A stretch of 64,000 nucleotides of DNA from an uncultured Desulfospira sp. (GCA_963663165.1 OY760175.1:512001-576000), one strand, 5' to 3'; counted from the first letter of the stretch, positions 40,884 through 49,293 are shown. The notes: generated by a model not told the origin, from the sequence alone. Made by a program: numbers and translations.

Positions 40884-41164
40884 CCTGGGAGGTTTTTTAT
40901 CACAAAGATGTCGAGGATGATTTAAAAAGCGTCGGCCCCTCCGCTGCCCGCCGGATCATCCGGACAATTGATAAAAAATTGACAACCGCGCCGGACCGGT
41001 ATGGTTTGCCGCTGGCCCATAATCTGAAAGATTTCTGGAAACTGCGAATCGGTGATTACAGGGTTGTTTACAGACTCATCGACCAGCAAGTGATTGTCTA
41101 TGTTCTCGCCGTCGGCCCCCGGAGAGACAAGGAAATCTACAAAACCGCATCAGAAAGAATCTAA
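40880..41164 (+). CDS. RelE/ParE toxin
   Basis: KLRIGDYRVVY...VLAVGPRRDKEIY. Confidence 0.9.
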   Translation: MTWEVFYHKDVEDDLKSVGPSAARRIIRTIDKKLTTAPDRYGLPLAHNLKDFWKLRIGDYRVVYRLIDQQVIVYVLAVGPRRDKEIYKTASERI

Positions 41165-41288
41165 ACCGCAATCGGCCACCAGGGGGCTTTTTGATAAATA
41201 TGTGGATTTTATTGATGTGTATTCAGAAATAAGCGACCAAGAGCAGCAACAACTTTATGAAACCATCATTCAAAATAAGGAAACGGCT

Positions 41289-41540
41289 ATGTTATCACAA
41301 TATATAAAAGAAAAAGGACGTCAGGAAGGCCGTCAGGAAGGACGCCAGGAAGGCCGCCAGGAAGGCCGCCAGGAAGCAGGGTATGGATTATACTTTAACA
41401 TTATTCATACCATGAAAAAAAACAACCTTCCGGATGACGAGATTGCAAGACTGACAAACCTGGATATCGAAATTATTAAAAAGATAATAGACGGAGAGGT
41501 GGTGGATATTCCGCTGCATCTGCTGGAACCGAACAGGTAG
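41289..41540 (+). CDS. Stand-alone Rpn C-terminal small protein (RpnS-like), within a duplicated 3' third of the rpn gene (41174-41540)
   Basis: Matches 44224-44674 except in the GRQE repeat tract (5 vs 12 units); TAAGGA SD upstream of the ATG at 41289. Confidence 0.65.
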   Translation: MLSQYIKEKGRQEGRQEGRQEGRQEGRQEAGYGLYFNIIHTMKKNNLPDDEIARLTNLDIEIIKKIIDGEVVDIPLHLLEPNR

Positions 41541-41543
41541 GGG

Positions 41544-41638
41544 GGGGCAGGATTGCCCTTCTAAATTTAAAATCCTTTGCGCCCTTGCGCCTTTGCGTGA
41601 GAACATAAAAACCGGCTTTCAGCCGTTGATTGAAGCTT
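41544..41638 (+). repeat. Intergenic repeat A, copy 1
   Basis: GGGGCAGG..TTCTAAATT..CTTTGCGCCCTTGCGCCTTTGCGTGAGAACATAAAA..CGGCTTTCAGCCGTTGATTG. Confidence 0.85.
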
Positions 41639-41811
41639 GCTGCTCCGGTCTCTTCACCATATCAGACACAGTAATACAACCGAAAGCCTCATTGATAATT
41701 CTAAGAAGTATAAAGATTCACCGTATATTAAAATCCGCCACTTGTGATATCTTAATTCTTTAATTATAATGAAACAATGATTAGTGTTCTGATTTAATAC
41801 AAGGACTTATT

Positions 41812-42003
41812 ATGGAAAAGAAAAAATATATATATTTCTTTGATAATGATATGTGGCTTGGCTACTGGGAAGAGTTTCCTGATTATATGACTCAGGGAAA
41901 AACTTTGGAAGAACTCAAATTGAATCTGAAAGATATTCACCATGATATATCCGGTAACCATATACCCTGTGTACGCCATGTTGGAGAAATGGAAATTGCA
42001 TGA
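41812..42003 (+). CDS. hicB: Short HicB-like antitoxin
   Basis: WLGYWEEFPDYMTQGKTLEELKLNL. Confidence 0.8.
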   Translation: MEKKKYIYFFDNDMWLGYWEEFPDYMTQGKTLEELKLNLKDIHHDISGNHIPCVRHVGEMEIA

Positions 42004-42176
42004 AAAGAAAAGATCTGATTAGAGATCTTGAACGTATGGGGTGTACCTTTATCCGGCATGGTGGAAAGCATGACTGGTATCAAAATCCTTCTACAAAAGC
42101 CTGTCAACCTGTTCCAAGACATCGTGAAATTAACGAGCTTTTAGCGAAAAATATCCTTAAAAAATTAAGCAAATAA
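42000..42176 (+). CDS. hicA: HicA toxin (58 aa, below the ORF-track cutoff)
   Basis: MKRKDLIRDLERMGCTFIRHGGKHDWYQNPSTKACQPVPRHREINELLAKNILKKLSK; ATGA overlap with hicB. Confidence 0.88.
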   Translation: MKRKDLIRDLERMGCTFIRHGGKHDWYQNPSTKACQPVPRHREINELLAKNILKKLSK

Positions 42177-42194
42177 GAATCCTTCACCGCTTAA

Positions 42195-42822
42195 TAGAGG
42201 TGATAAATGATGATACGCGAAATTATAAGTCTGAAAACAAATCAAATAACAATTAACATACCCGCCAATATGGTAAATCAAGAGCTTGAATAACCCATGT
42301 GTAATTGGTAAGTGAAAGGACCATACGTAAATAATGGGGGATCATCTATATCATCCCAAGACAAAGAAAAAACATCTGTCTCAAAAAATATAATCAAAAA
42401 ATTACTATGGAGATAGCCATCTTGAAAAAGGTGAAACCAGAATTTATGCCGTCATTGACTGTAGAAAGAATCCCGCTTGGATAAGAGAAAGATTGCAATA
42501 AGAATGATGGTCTTCTGGTCACTTGTGTGGTCTCTTGCAGGAAAGTGAGGTTATACGTCAGGAACTGTGACCATATTTGTTCGCAATGCCGGCAAAAAGG
42601 GGCTCTTCGAAGAAATGATAGCCCAGATTGATCAACCTGGAACTTAGCATAGTTCAAAAAATAGCCAACAATGAAAAGGTTGATATCCCGATACATCTAC
42701 TGGAGCCGAAAGGGTGGTTTACAGACTCGTCGACCAACAAGTGATTGTCTATGTTCTCGCCGTCGGCCCTCGAAGAGACAAAGAAATCTACAAAACCGCA
42801 TCAGAAAGAATCTAAACCGCAA
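42195..42822 (+). pseudogene. Patchwork of gene fragments: antitoxin 5' end, ParE-like 3' end, divergent Rpn tail, RelE 3' end
   Basis: MMIREIIS...ELE* (copy of 44888-44983); RIYAVIDCRKNPAWIRERLQ*; frameshifted ...NEKVDIPIHLLEPK; VVYRLVDQQVIVYVLAVGPRRDKEIYKTASERI* (copy of 41060-41171). Confidence 0.75.
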
Positions 42823-42853
42823 ATGACAGGGTTGAAAAGATGGGTCCACAAAA

Positions 42854-43660
42854 TTGAGTTATAAAGATACTTATTACAATTTGGTCACTCATGAGAATAC
42901 AGAAGGGATCAAAAAAATTATCAAAAATGCAGGTTATTACGATTCGGAGACCATTAATAAAATTCAGTATAATGAACTGTACGGCCTACCTCATTTATTT
43001 GTAATTGTTGATTCTGATGATTATACCCATGGCCGTTATGCTTTGCTTGATGGTATTTTTGTAGAAATCGATTCGATTATCCCTCAATGGCATGGGAAGT
43101 TTTATCTTGGGATAATGATACTCAGAAAGCCCAAGAACGAAAAAATCAAACAATTTATCGATCCTGATAAAGATGTTAAACATGAGTTGCATCATTTGCA
43201 TCTTTTGATACAGCACATTGACACTCACACTGATTATATCGAAAGTTCAATGAAATACAACGCAGGATATTGTGAAACCCAAGACCTGGATAAAAGTATC
43301 GAATTCGAAATAAACAAAATTTTTTCATTGGAAGTCCCAGCCCTGATTTCAGATTTCAATATGGGAGAACAGGACTTATTATCTTATGAAAATGGAATTG
43401 TTACAAAAATAACCGTCGACAATGAAAATGAATTTTTACGATACAAAGTGGGGGGATATTTAACTGCATTAAGCAGCTGTTATGCTAAGAGGTTCCCCAA
43501 AAAAGAGAATCAAATCAAACATACAATTGAAATGGAAGTCAACAAACAAGGAGAATTTCTTTTCGGCACTAACTGTATGGTATTATTGTTAAGATCTCAG
43601 ATAGAATGTTTTTTTCTATTAAAGATTAAAGGCACCTGTTATGAGGTTGGGAATGTTTAA
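42854..43660 (+). CDS. Hypothetical protein with HExxH motif
   Basis: 268-aa AT-rich ORF containing KHELHHLH; start uncertain. Confidence 0.6.
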   Translation: MSYKDTYYNLVTHENTEGIKKIIKNAGYYDSETINKIQYNELYGLPHLFVIVDSDDYTHGRYALLDGIFVEIDSIIPQWHGKFYLGIMILRKPKNEKIKQFIDPDKDVKHELHHLHLLIQHIDTHTDYIESSMKYNAGYCETQDLDKSIEFEINKIFSLEVPALISDFNMGEQDLLSYENGIVTKITVDNENEFLRYKVGGYLTALSSCYAKRFPKKENQIKHTIEMEVNKQGEFLFGTNCMVLLLRSQIECFFLLKIKGTCYEVGNV

Positions 43661-43663
43661 CAA

Positions 43664-44674
43664 ATGATAACCCACGACGGTAACTTTAAAAATTTATTTC
43701 AAGATTTTCCCAAAGAAACACTCCGGTGGCTGCTCCCCAGTGCGGAACAAAACTGGGGCAAAATTATTGCCATTGATTTCACACGTCAGGAGCCTAAAAA
43801 ACACCACCTCTCAGATGCGGGGCTGGTACTGGACCTTCCGATACTGTTCCATTTTGAAAATCAACAATTGCTATTGTGGCTGGTGGAGTTCCAGGAAGAC
43901 AAATCAAAATTTTCCATATACAAACTGCTCCGGTACACCACCGACATGATGGAGGCCCATCCTGATGCATTGGTAGTTCCGACCGTGTTGTTCACCGATA
44001 GAAAAAAATGGCATAAATCTGTACTCACTGAACTTCACGCACAAATCAACGACCGCTTGTTTCTTCACTTTGAATATGTGTTTCATAAGCTGTTTGACTT
44101 GAATGCAAGGGATTATTACAATGTGGATAATCCGGTGGTAAAAATTCTTTTGCCTAAGATGAACTATAAAAAGGAAGAGCGAATTGAGGTTATCCACCAG
44201 GCATACAAAGGGCTTTTTCAATTGGCCACCAGGGGGCTTTTTGATAAATATGTGGATTTTATTGATGTGTATTCAGAAATAAGCGACCAAGAGCAGCAAC
44301 AACTTTATGAAACCATCATTCAAAATAAGGAAACGGCTATGTTATCACAATATATAAAAGAAAAAGGACGCCAGGAAGGTCGCCAGGAAGGACGCCAGGA
44401 AGGTCGCCAGGAAGGACGTCAGGAAGGACGCCAGGAAGGACGCCAGGAAGGACGCCAGGAAGGACGCCAGGAAGGACGCCAGGAAGGACGCCAGGAAGGA
44501 CGCCAGGAAGCAGGGTATGGATTATACTTTAACATTATTCATACCATGAAAAAAAACAACCTTCCGGATGACGAGATTGCAAGACTGACAAACCTGGATA
44601 TCGAAATTATTAAAAAGATAATAGACGGAGAGGTGGTGGATATTCCGCTGCATCTGCTGGAACCGAACAGGTAG
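43664..44674 (+). CDS. Rpn/YhgA-like PD-(D/E)xK nuclease
   Basis: HDGNFKNLF, LDLPIL...LVEFQ, VPTVLF, (GRQE)n tract and C-terminal IARLTNL helix. Confidence 0.8.
   Translation: MITHDGNFKNLFQDFPKETLRWLLPSAEQNWGKIIAIDFTRQEPKKHHLSDAGLVLDLPILFHFENQQLLLWLVEFQEDKSKFSIYKLLRYTTDMMEAHPDALVVPTVLFTDRKKWHKSVLTELHAQINDRLFLHFEYVFHKLFDLNARDYYNVDNPVVKILLPKMNYKKEERIEVIHQAYKGLFQLATRGLFDKYVDFIDVYSEISDQEQQQLYETIIQNKETAMLSQYIKEKGRQEGRQEGRQEGRQEGRQEGRQEGRQEGRQEGRQEGRQEGRQEGRQEAGYGLYFNIIHTMKKNNLPDDEIARLTNLDIEIIKKIIDGEVVDIPLHLLEPNR
44366..44509 (+). repeat. 12 x 12-nt coding tandem repeat (GRQE)
   Basis: GGACGCCAGGAA unit; five units in the duplicate at 41316-41375. Confidence 0.95.
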
Positions 44675-44769
44675 GGGGCAGGATTGCCCTTCTAAATTCA
44701 AAACCCTTTGCGCCTTAGCGCCTTTGTGTGAGAATATATCAAACAGCCTTCAGCCGTTGATTGAAGCTT
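44675..44769 (+). repeat. Intergenic repeat A, copy 2 (followed by repeat B, 44797-44889)
   Basis: Aligns by eye with 41544-41638; repeat B also at 41655-41695 and 47472-47564. Confidence 0.85.
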
Positions 44770-44899
44770 CGCTGTGCCCGGCAGCTCAAGCCTTTTCATA
44801 ATATCTGATACAGTAATACAACCAAAAGCCTCATTGAAACAGAAAACAATTTGAGCTATAGTTATTGACAACATGGGAATACACTTCATAGAGGTGATA

Positions 44900-45755
44900 A
44901 ATACTGATACGCGAAATTATAAGTCCGAAAACTAATCAAATAACAATTAACATACCCGCCAATATGGTAAATCAAGAGCTTGAATTATTGGTTTTCCGAG
45001 TCGGAAAAAAACAGGCGGAGAAAGAAAAGACTAAATTATTAATGGAAAAGGCCTTTAATGAAGACGGTCCATCAACACAGGCATTTTTAGGGACGCTTCC
45101 AGGCGTAGGCAAGACAGTTGGAGATCTTTTAGAACCATTTGATGATAAATGGGAATGCGATTAATCCATGATTTTAATGGATACACATACCTGGTGGTGG
45201 GTATTAAGCGAACCTGAAAATCTTTCAGAACTGGCTCGAAAACAGATTGAAGAAACCCCTTTTGGCCAACGGTGTGTTGCATCAATTTCTCTGTGGGAAT
45301 TTGCTATGATGGCCTGCCGGGGCCGGATTATATGCCAAACAATGGGGTAAGCATTATGGAAGCAATAGAATTCAACACCATAATTAAGAATGGAATGATA
45401 CATGTTCCAGATAAACTTAACTATCCAACGGATACGTCAGTTAAGGTGATAATAGTAAGAGAGAGAAAAGCGGATAAACCAACAGAAGGTTTTAGAAAAA
45501 CGGATGGGCCATCAAGAATTAATTTTGGTGTGCTGAAAGGCCGGGTTGCAATTTCCGATGATTTCAATGACCCGATGCCGGATAATATTCTTTCCAATTT
45601 CAGTGTCCCATGGTGTGGCGGTACATCAGCTGCCCTTGCATCATCGTGATCCATTTGATCGGATGCTGATAGCCCAAGCCGTTTCTGAATCTCTCTCATT
45701 TTTAACGGCAGACCATGTTCTTGGTCAATATTCCGACTTGGTGATTCAGGTATAA
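44900..45755 (+). pseudogene. Scrambled VapBC-type fragments
   Basis: Antitoxin-like ORF whose start has changed ATG to ATA; PIN N-half MILMDTHTWWW...SISLWEF (45168-45350); inserted antitoxin-like chimera ...FGVLKGRVAISDDFNDP; PIN C-half LPLHHRDPFDRMLIAQA. Confidence 0.7.
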
Positions 45756-45760
45756 CCCCG

Positions 45761-45788
45761 GTAGGCTGGGCACGCGGTTTGTGCCCAC
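45761..45788 (+). repeat. GTAG-type REP
   Basis: GTAGGCTGGGCAC-GCGGTTT-GTGCCCAC, same class as 32628. Confidence 0.65.
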
Positions 45789-45817
45789 TATTCGTCAACG
45801 AAATCAAGCCCATCCGG

Positions 45818-45872
45818 ATTTAAAACCCTTAGTGACTTAGCGTGAGAACATAAAAAAACGGCTTTCAGCCGT
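45818..45872 (+). repeat. Intergenic repeat A, copy 3 (partial)
   Basis: TTAAAACCCTTAGTGACTTAGCGTGAGAACATAAAAAAACGGCTTTCAGCCGT. Confidence 0.75.
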
Positions 45873-45976
45873 CTGGTTAAGCCTCCATCACGCAGAGGTC
45901 GCACCACCCTCTCTGTGATAATAAAAAATATCGGAAGGGCAAAGCTTTCAAGTAAAACCCAAAAGGTAAGTTTGTA

Positions 45977-46276
45977 ATGTTGACAAAAGAAACCATAATA
46001 GATTTCATAAGAAAAAACCGGGATCATATTGGTTCTAATTACCGGATTTCCAAAATCGGCCTGATCGGGTCTTATGCCAGAGGCGACCAAAGTGAGGACA
46101 GTGATATAGATTTGTTAGTTGAATTTGAACCGGGCACTGAGGATCTTTTTCAGTTGAAATTTGAACTTAAACAATATTTTAAAAAACATTTCAACCGGGA
46201 TATAGACGTTTGCAGAGAAAAATATATTAAGCCATATATCAAAGAACACATTTTAAAAGAGGCCTTTTATGCCTGA
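45977..46276 (+). CDS. MNT nucleotidyltransferase antitoxin
   Basis: IGSYARGDQSEDSDIDLLVEF. Confidence 0.9.
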   Translation: MLTKETIIDFIRKNRDHIGSNYRISKIGLIGSYARGDQSEDSDIDLLVEFEPGTEDLFQLKFELKQYFKKHFNRDIDVCREKYIKPYIKEHILKEAFYA

Positions 46277-46610
46277 CACGGACAGGCTGAATATTCTATC
46301 CATTCAAGACTCAATAGAGAAAATTTTGGTTTACACGAAATCCTATTCAAGTGCTGACGAGTTATACCAAAACCAAAGAGACTTTGATGCAGTTTTAATG
46401 AATTTTATTGTTATCGGTGAGATGGTTTCAAGACTGAGCGAAAGATTCATTGAAGAGAATACACAGACAGATTGGTTCAAAATTAAAGGTTTCAGAAATA
46501 TTGTTGCCCATAATTATTTTGGAATTGATGCTGAAGAGGTTTGGCAGATCATTAAAACTCATATTCCTATATTACAAGCTGATGTTAAAAATATTTTGAA
46601 AAGCTTATGA
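46269..46610 (+). CDS. HepT-like (DUF86) HEPN RNase toxin
   Basis: IVIGE, W..IKGFRNIVAHNYFGID (Rx4H). Confidence 0.9.
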   Translation: MPDTDRLNILSIQDSIEKILVYTKSYSSADELYQNQRDFDAVLMNFIVIGEMVSRLSERFIEENTQTDWFKIKGFRNIVAHNYFGIDAEEVWQIIKTHIPILQADVKNILKSL

Positions 46611-46615
46611 TAAGA

Positions 46616-46750
46616 GGGGCAGGGCCACGTTTCTAAATTCAAAACCCTTTGCGCCCTTGCGCCTTTGTGTGAGAACATAAAAAACGGCTTTCAGCCGTTG
46701 ATTGCGGCTTAGCCGCTCTGTGTCCCTCCAAACCCTCTGTGGTTTAAAAA
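46616..46750 (+). repeat. Intergenic repeat A, copy 4, with CTCTGTG extension
   Basis: Near-identical to 48356-48489. Confidence 0.85.
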
Positions 46751-47299
46751 ATGAACCGATTCAAAATTACAGCCATTTTAATATGCTACCGCTATTTAAA
46801 TTTCAGCGAAGCCCCTGAAAAATCAGATGTTGTTGTTCTCTTTGTAGGCCCGGATCAAGACCAAAGACTGAAAGAGGCGCATCAACTCAAGTATGAAGGG
46901 TATGCCGATACCCTGATCATACCGGCTTACCAGCAGGTGTTTGTTATGTCGGAAGGCCAGATTGTTAAAGCACCTGGTTCCAGGCTAAGGCCGTTTCCCT
47001 TAAATGCATATCCTGATTATTATGAAAATACCCATGTTGAGGCTCTTCTGGCCGGAAAAATGACGGAAGAACTGGGATTCCGGTTTGCCATTATGGTCAG
47101 TGCCCCTTACCACATGAGAAGAATCAAAATCATCTCTTCACGGGTTTTTGATCCGGAAAAGTTCCAGATTCAATACATCGGAAGCCGGTATCTCCAGCCG
47201 GGAAGTCTGGTATCTGTTTTTACGCCGAAGAACTTGAAGTTGACCATCGTCGAAGCAGCGAAGATCGTTTCGTTCCTTGCTTATAAGAATGTTGTTTAA
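46751..47299 (+). CDS. YdcF/DUF218-family protein, paralog with eroded N-terminal membrane anchor
   Basis: KSDVVVLF, ENTHVEA, VSAPYHMRR; lacks 12 N-terminal residues present in 48490-49071. Confidence 0.75.
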   Translation: MNRFKITAILICYRYLNFSEAPEKSDVVVLFVGPDQDQRLKEAHQLKYEGYADTLIIPAYQQVFVMSEGQIVKAPGSRLRPFPLNAYPDYYENTHVEALLAGKMTEELGFRFAIMVSAPYHMRRIKIISSRVFDPEKFQIQYIGSRYLQPGSLVSVFTPKNLKLTIVEAAKIVSFLAYKNVV

Positions 47300-47626
47300 A
47301 TAAATCATTTGCAATTCTATTATAAAAAACAGTGACTGCTGATGAATTCTTAAATGGTACTTTTCAGCATCAAAAAAGTGGAATTAAAGGCTAAAAACAG
47401 TTTGGAAACGAGCATTTTATCCAAAATCTCAATGGATTGGCGTGGCCCGACCCCAAAAGAACAGGTCTCATCACCATATCTGACACAGCAATACAACCAA
47501 AAGCCTCATTGAAACAGAAAATAATTTGGGCTATATTTATCGACAACATGGGAATACACTTCATTATTTATCTCTCAAGAAATGAAAGGGATAAAACAAA
47601 CCCAAAAATAGAGGAGGGGCGATATT

Positions 47627-47935
47627 ATGCTTAATTTACAATTAAATATTCAAGCTGATACGGCCCATCGGCTAAAAAAAATCCTTTCGACTCTTCAAGA
47701 TCAGGAAGCTTTTGCCCAAAATATTATTGACTATCAAGTTAGTGAGTTGAGAAAAGGGCTGCTTAATCTTCGGCTCGATTTAAAGCAGTTTGAGGAGACT
47801 TATCAAATCACGTCCCAGGAATTTTATAGCAGATTTGAAGCCGGCGGTTATGACGATCAAGAAGATTATATGGTTTGGGCCGGGCTTTATGAAATGTTCT
47901 GCGATGATGAAAAAAGACTTCAGGAACTCACGTGA
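47627..47935 (+). CDS. Putative antitoxin (TumA-like)
   Basis: FEETYQITSQEFYSRFEAG..DDQEDYMVWAGLYE; GTGA overlap with the next gene; GGAGG RBS. Confidence 0.65.
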   Translation: MLNLQLNIQADTAHRLKKILSTLQDQEAFAQNIIDYQVSELRKGLLNLRLDLKQFEETYQITSQEFYSRFEAGGYDDQEDYMVWAGLYEMFCDDEKRLQELT

Positions 47936-48303
47936 TTGAGAATTATTTTTCAAGATTGGAAAATTTGCTGCTCCAGTTCCCGAATATTCAATCACATACA
48001 ATAAAGAAACGAATTTACAACATACGGCAAGGGTACATTCAGGGCTCAATTATTTTCGAAAATGGATACCGGTTAGATTTTGTCAAAGTAAAACAGACTG
48101 ACAGGCATTCGAAGATTAAATATCGTTATCAGTATATGAACTCGGGGAACCAGCTTATTTTTAGATATGATAATGCTCCCCATCATTCCGATTTGTCAAC
48201 TTTCCCTCACCATAAACACGTTGGTGAAGAAGCGATTAAAAGCAATGAGCCTTCGTTGGAGGATGTATTGCTTGAAATTGCACACCTGCAAAGAGCGGGA
48301 TAA
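47932..48303 (+). CDS. DUF6516/TumE-like toxin
   Basis: YRYQYM...IFRYDNAPHH..LSTFPHHKH. Confidence 0.75.
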   Translation: MIENYFSRLENLLLQFPNIQSHTIKKRIYNIRQGYIQGSIIFENGYRLDFVKVKQTDRHSKIKYRYQYMNSGNQLIFRYDNAPHHSDLSTFPHHKHVGEEAIKSNEPSLEDVLLEIAHLQRAG

Positions 48304-48355
48304 ACCAAACATAGCAGCGATAGCATCTAACATCTACTGGAGTCGAACCGGCAAA

Positions 48356-48489
48356 GGAGCAGGGACACGGTTCTAAATTCCAAACCCTTTGTGCCTTAGC
48401 GCCTTTGCGTGAGAACATAAAAAACGGCTTTCAGCCGTTGATTGCGGCTTAGCCGCTCTGTGCCCCTCCAACCCTCTGTGGTTTAAAAA
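48356..48489 (+). repeat. Intergenic repeat A, copy 5, with CTCTGTG extension
   Basis: Near-identical to 46616-46750. Confidence 0.85.
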
Positions 48490-49071
48490 ATGAAACGATT
48501 CAAAATTACAGCCATTTCAATTACCATTTTAATATGCTGCCTGGCCGGATATGCCCTGACATACCGCTATTTAAATTTCAGCGAAGCCCCTGAAAAATCA
48601 GATGCCATTGTTCTCTTTGTAGGTCCGGATCAGGAGCAAAGACTGAAAGAAGCGCATCAACTCATGTATGAAGGGTATGCCGACACCCTGATTATACCGG
48701 CTTACCAGCAGGTGTTTGTTATGTCGGAAGGGCAGATCATTAAAACCCGGGTCTCCGGATTAAAGCCGTTTGCTCCAAAGACCTATCCGGATTATTATGA
48801 AAACACCCATATTGAGATCCTTGAAGCCGGGAAAATAATGGAACAACTAGGATTCCAGTCTGTCATCCTGGTTAGCGCTCCCTATCACATGCGAAGAATC
48901 AAGATCATTTCTTCTCAGGTTTTTGACCCAAAAAGGTTCCAGATCCGATGCATCGGGAGCCGGTATCTCCGATCGGAAAGCCTTCTGTCCGCATATGGCC
49001 TTGATAATTTGAAATTTGCTGTCACAGAGGCAGCGAAGATTCTCTCTTTTATAGCCTATGAGACTGTTTGA
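48490..49071 (+). CDS. YdcF/DUF218-family membrane-anchored protein
   Basis: N-terminal TM, KSDAIVLF, ENTHIE, VSAPYHMRR. Confidence 0.8.
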   Translation: MKRFKITAISITILICCLAGYALTYRYLNFSEAPEKSDAIVLFVGPDQEQRLKEAHQLMYEGYADTLIIPAYQQVFVMSEGQIIKTRVSGLKPFAPKTYPDYYENTHIEILEAGKIMEQLGFQSVILVSAPYHMRRIKIISSQVFDPKRFQIRCIGSRYLRSESLLSAYGLDNLKFAVTEAAKILSFIAYETV

Positions 49072-49293
49072 AACGAAATAAAAAACGGTGGACGCTGATA
49101 AGCTCTTAAACTGTTTCTTTTGATGTTAAAAAGGTGGGGTTAAGGACTAAAAACGGCATGAAATCAGGCCTTTTCATCGAAATTTCAATGAATTAGCGCG
49201 GCCCGATCCCTAAAATCCCTAAGATAACCCTAAAACTAAAAACTAAACCAATAAAAAATCAAACTGGATTACTATACAGCAGGAGTTGATGCG

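Noticed and set aside
41094..41288. 148-aa ORF starting inside relE
   Set aside because: The N-terminus is an off-frame read of relE joined to the rpn duplicate; the SD-supported start is 41289.
44366..44509. CRISPR-like repeat
   Set aside because: Contiguous 12-nt coding units with no spacers.
41544..48489. Repeat A as a CRISPR array or integron attC array
   Set aside because: Spacing is 0.8-3 kb and irregular, there are no cas genes, and it lacks RYYYAAC/GTTRRRY boxes and a full-length palindrome.
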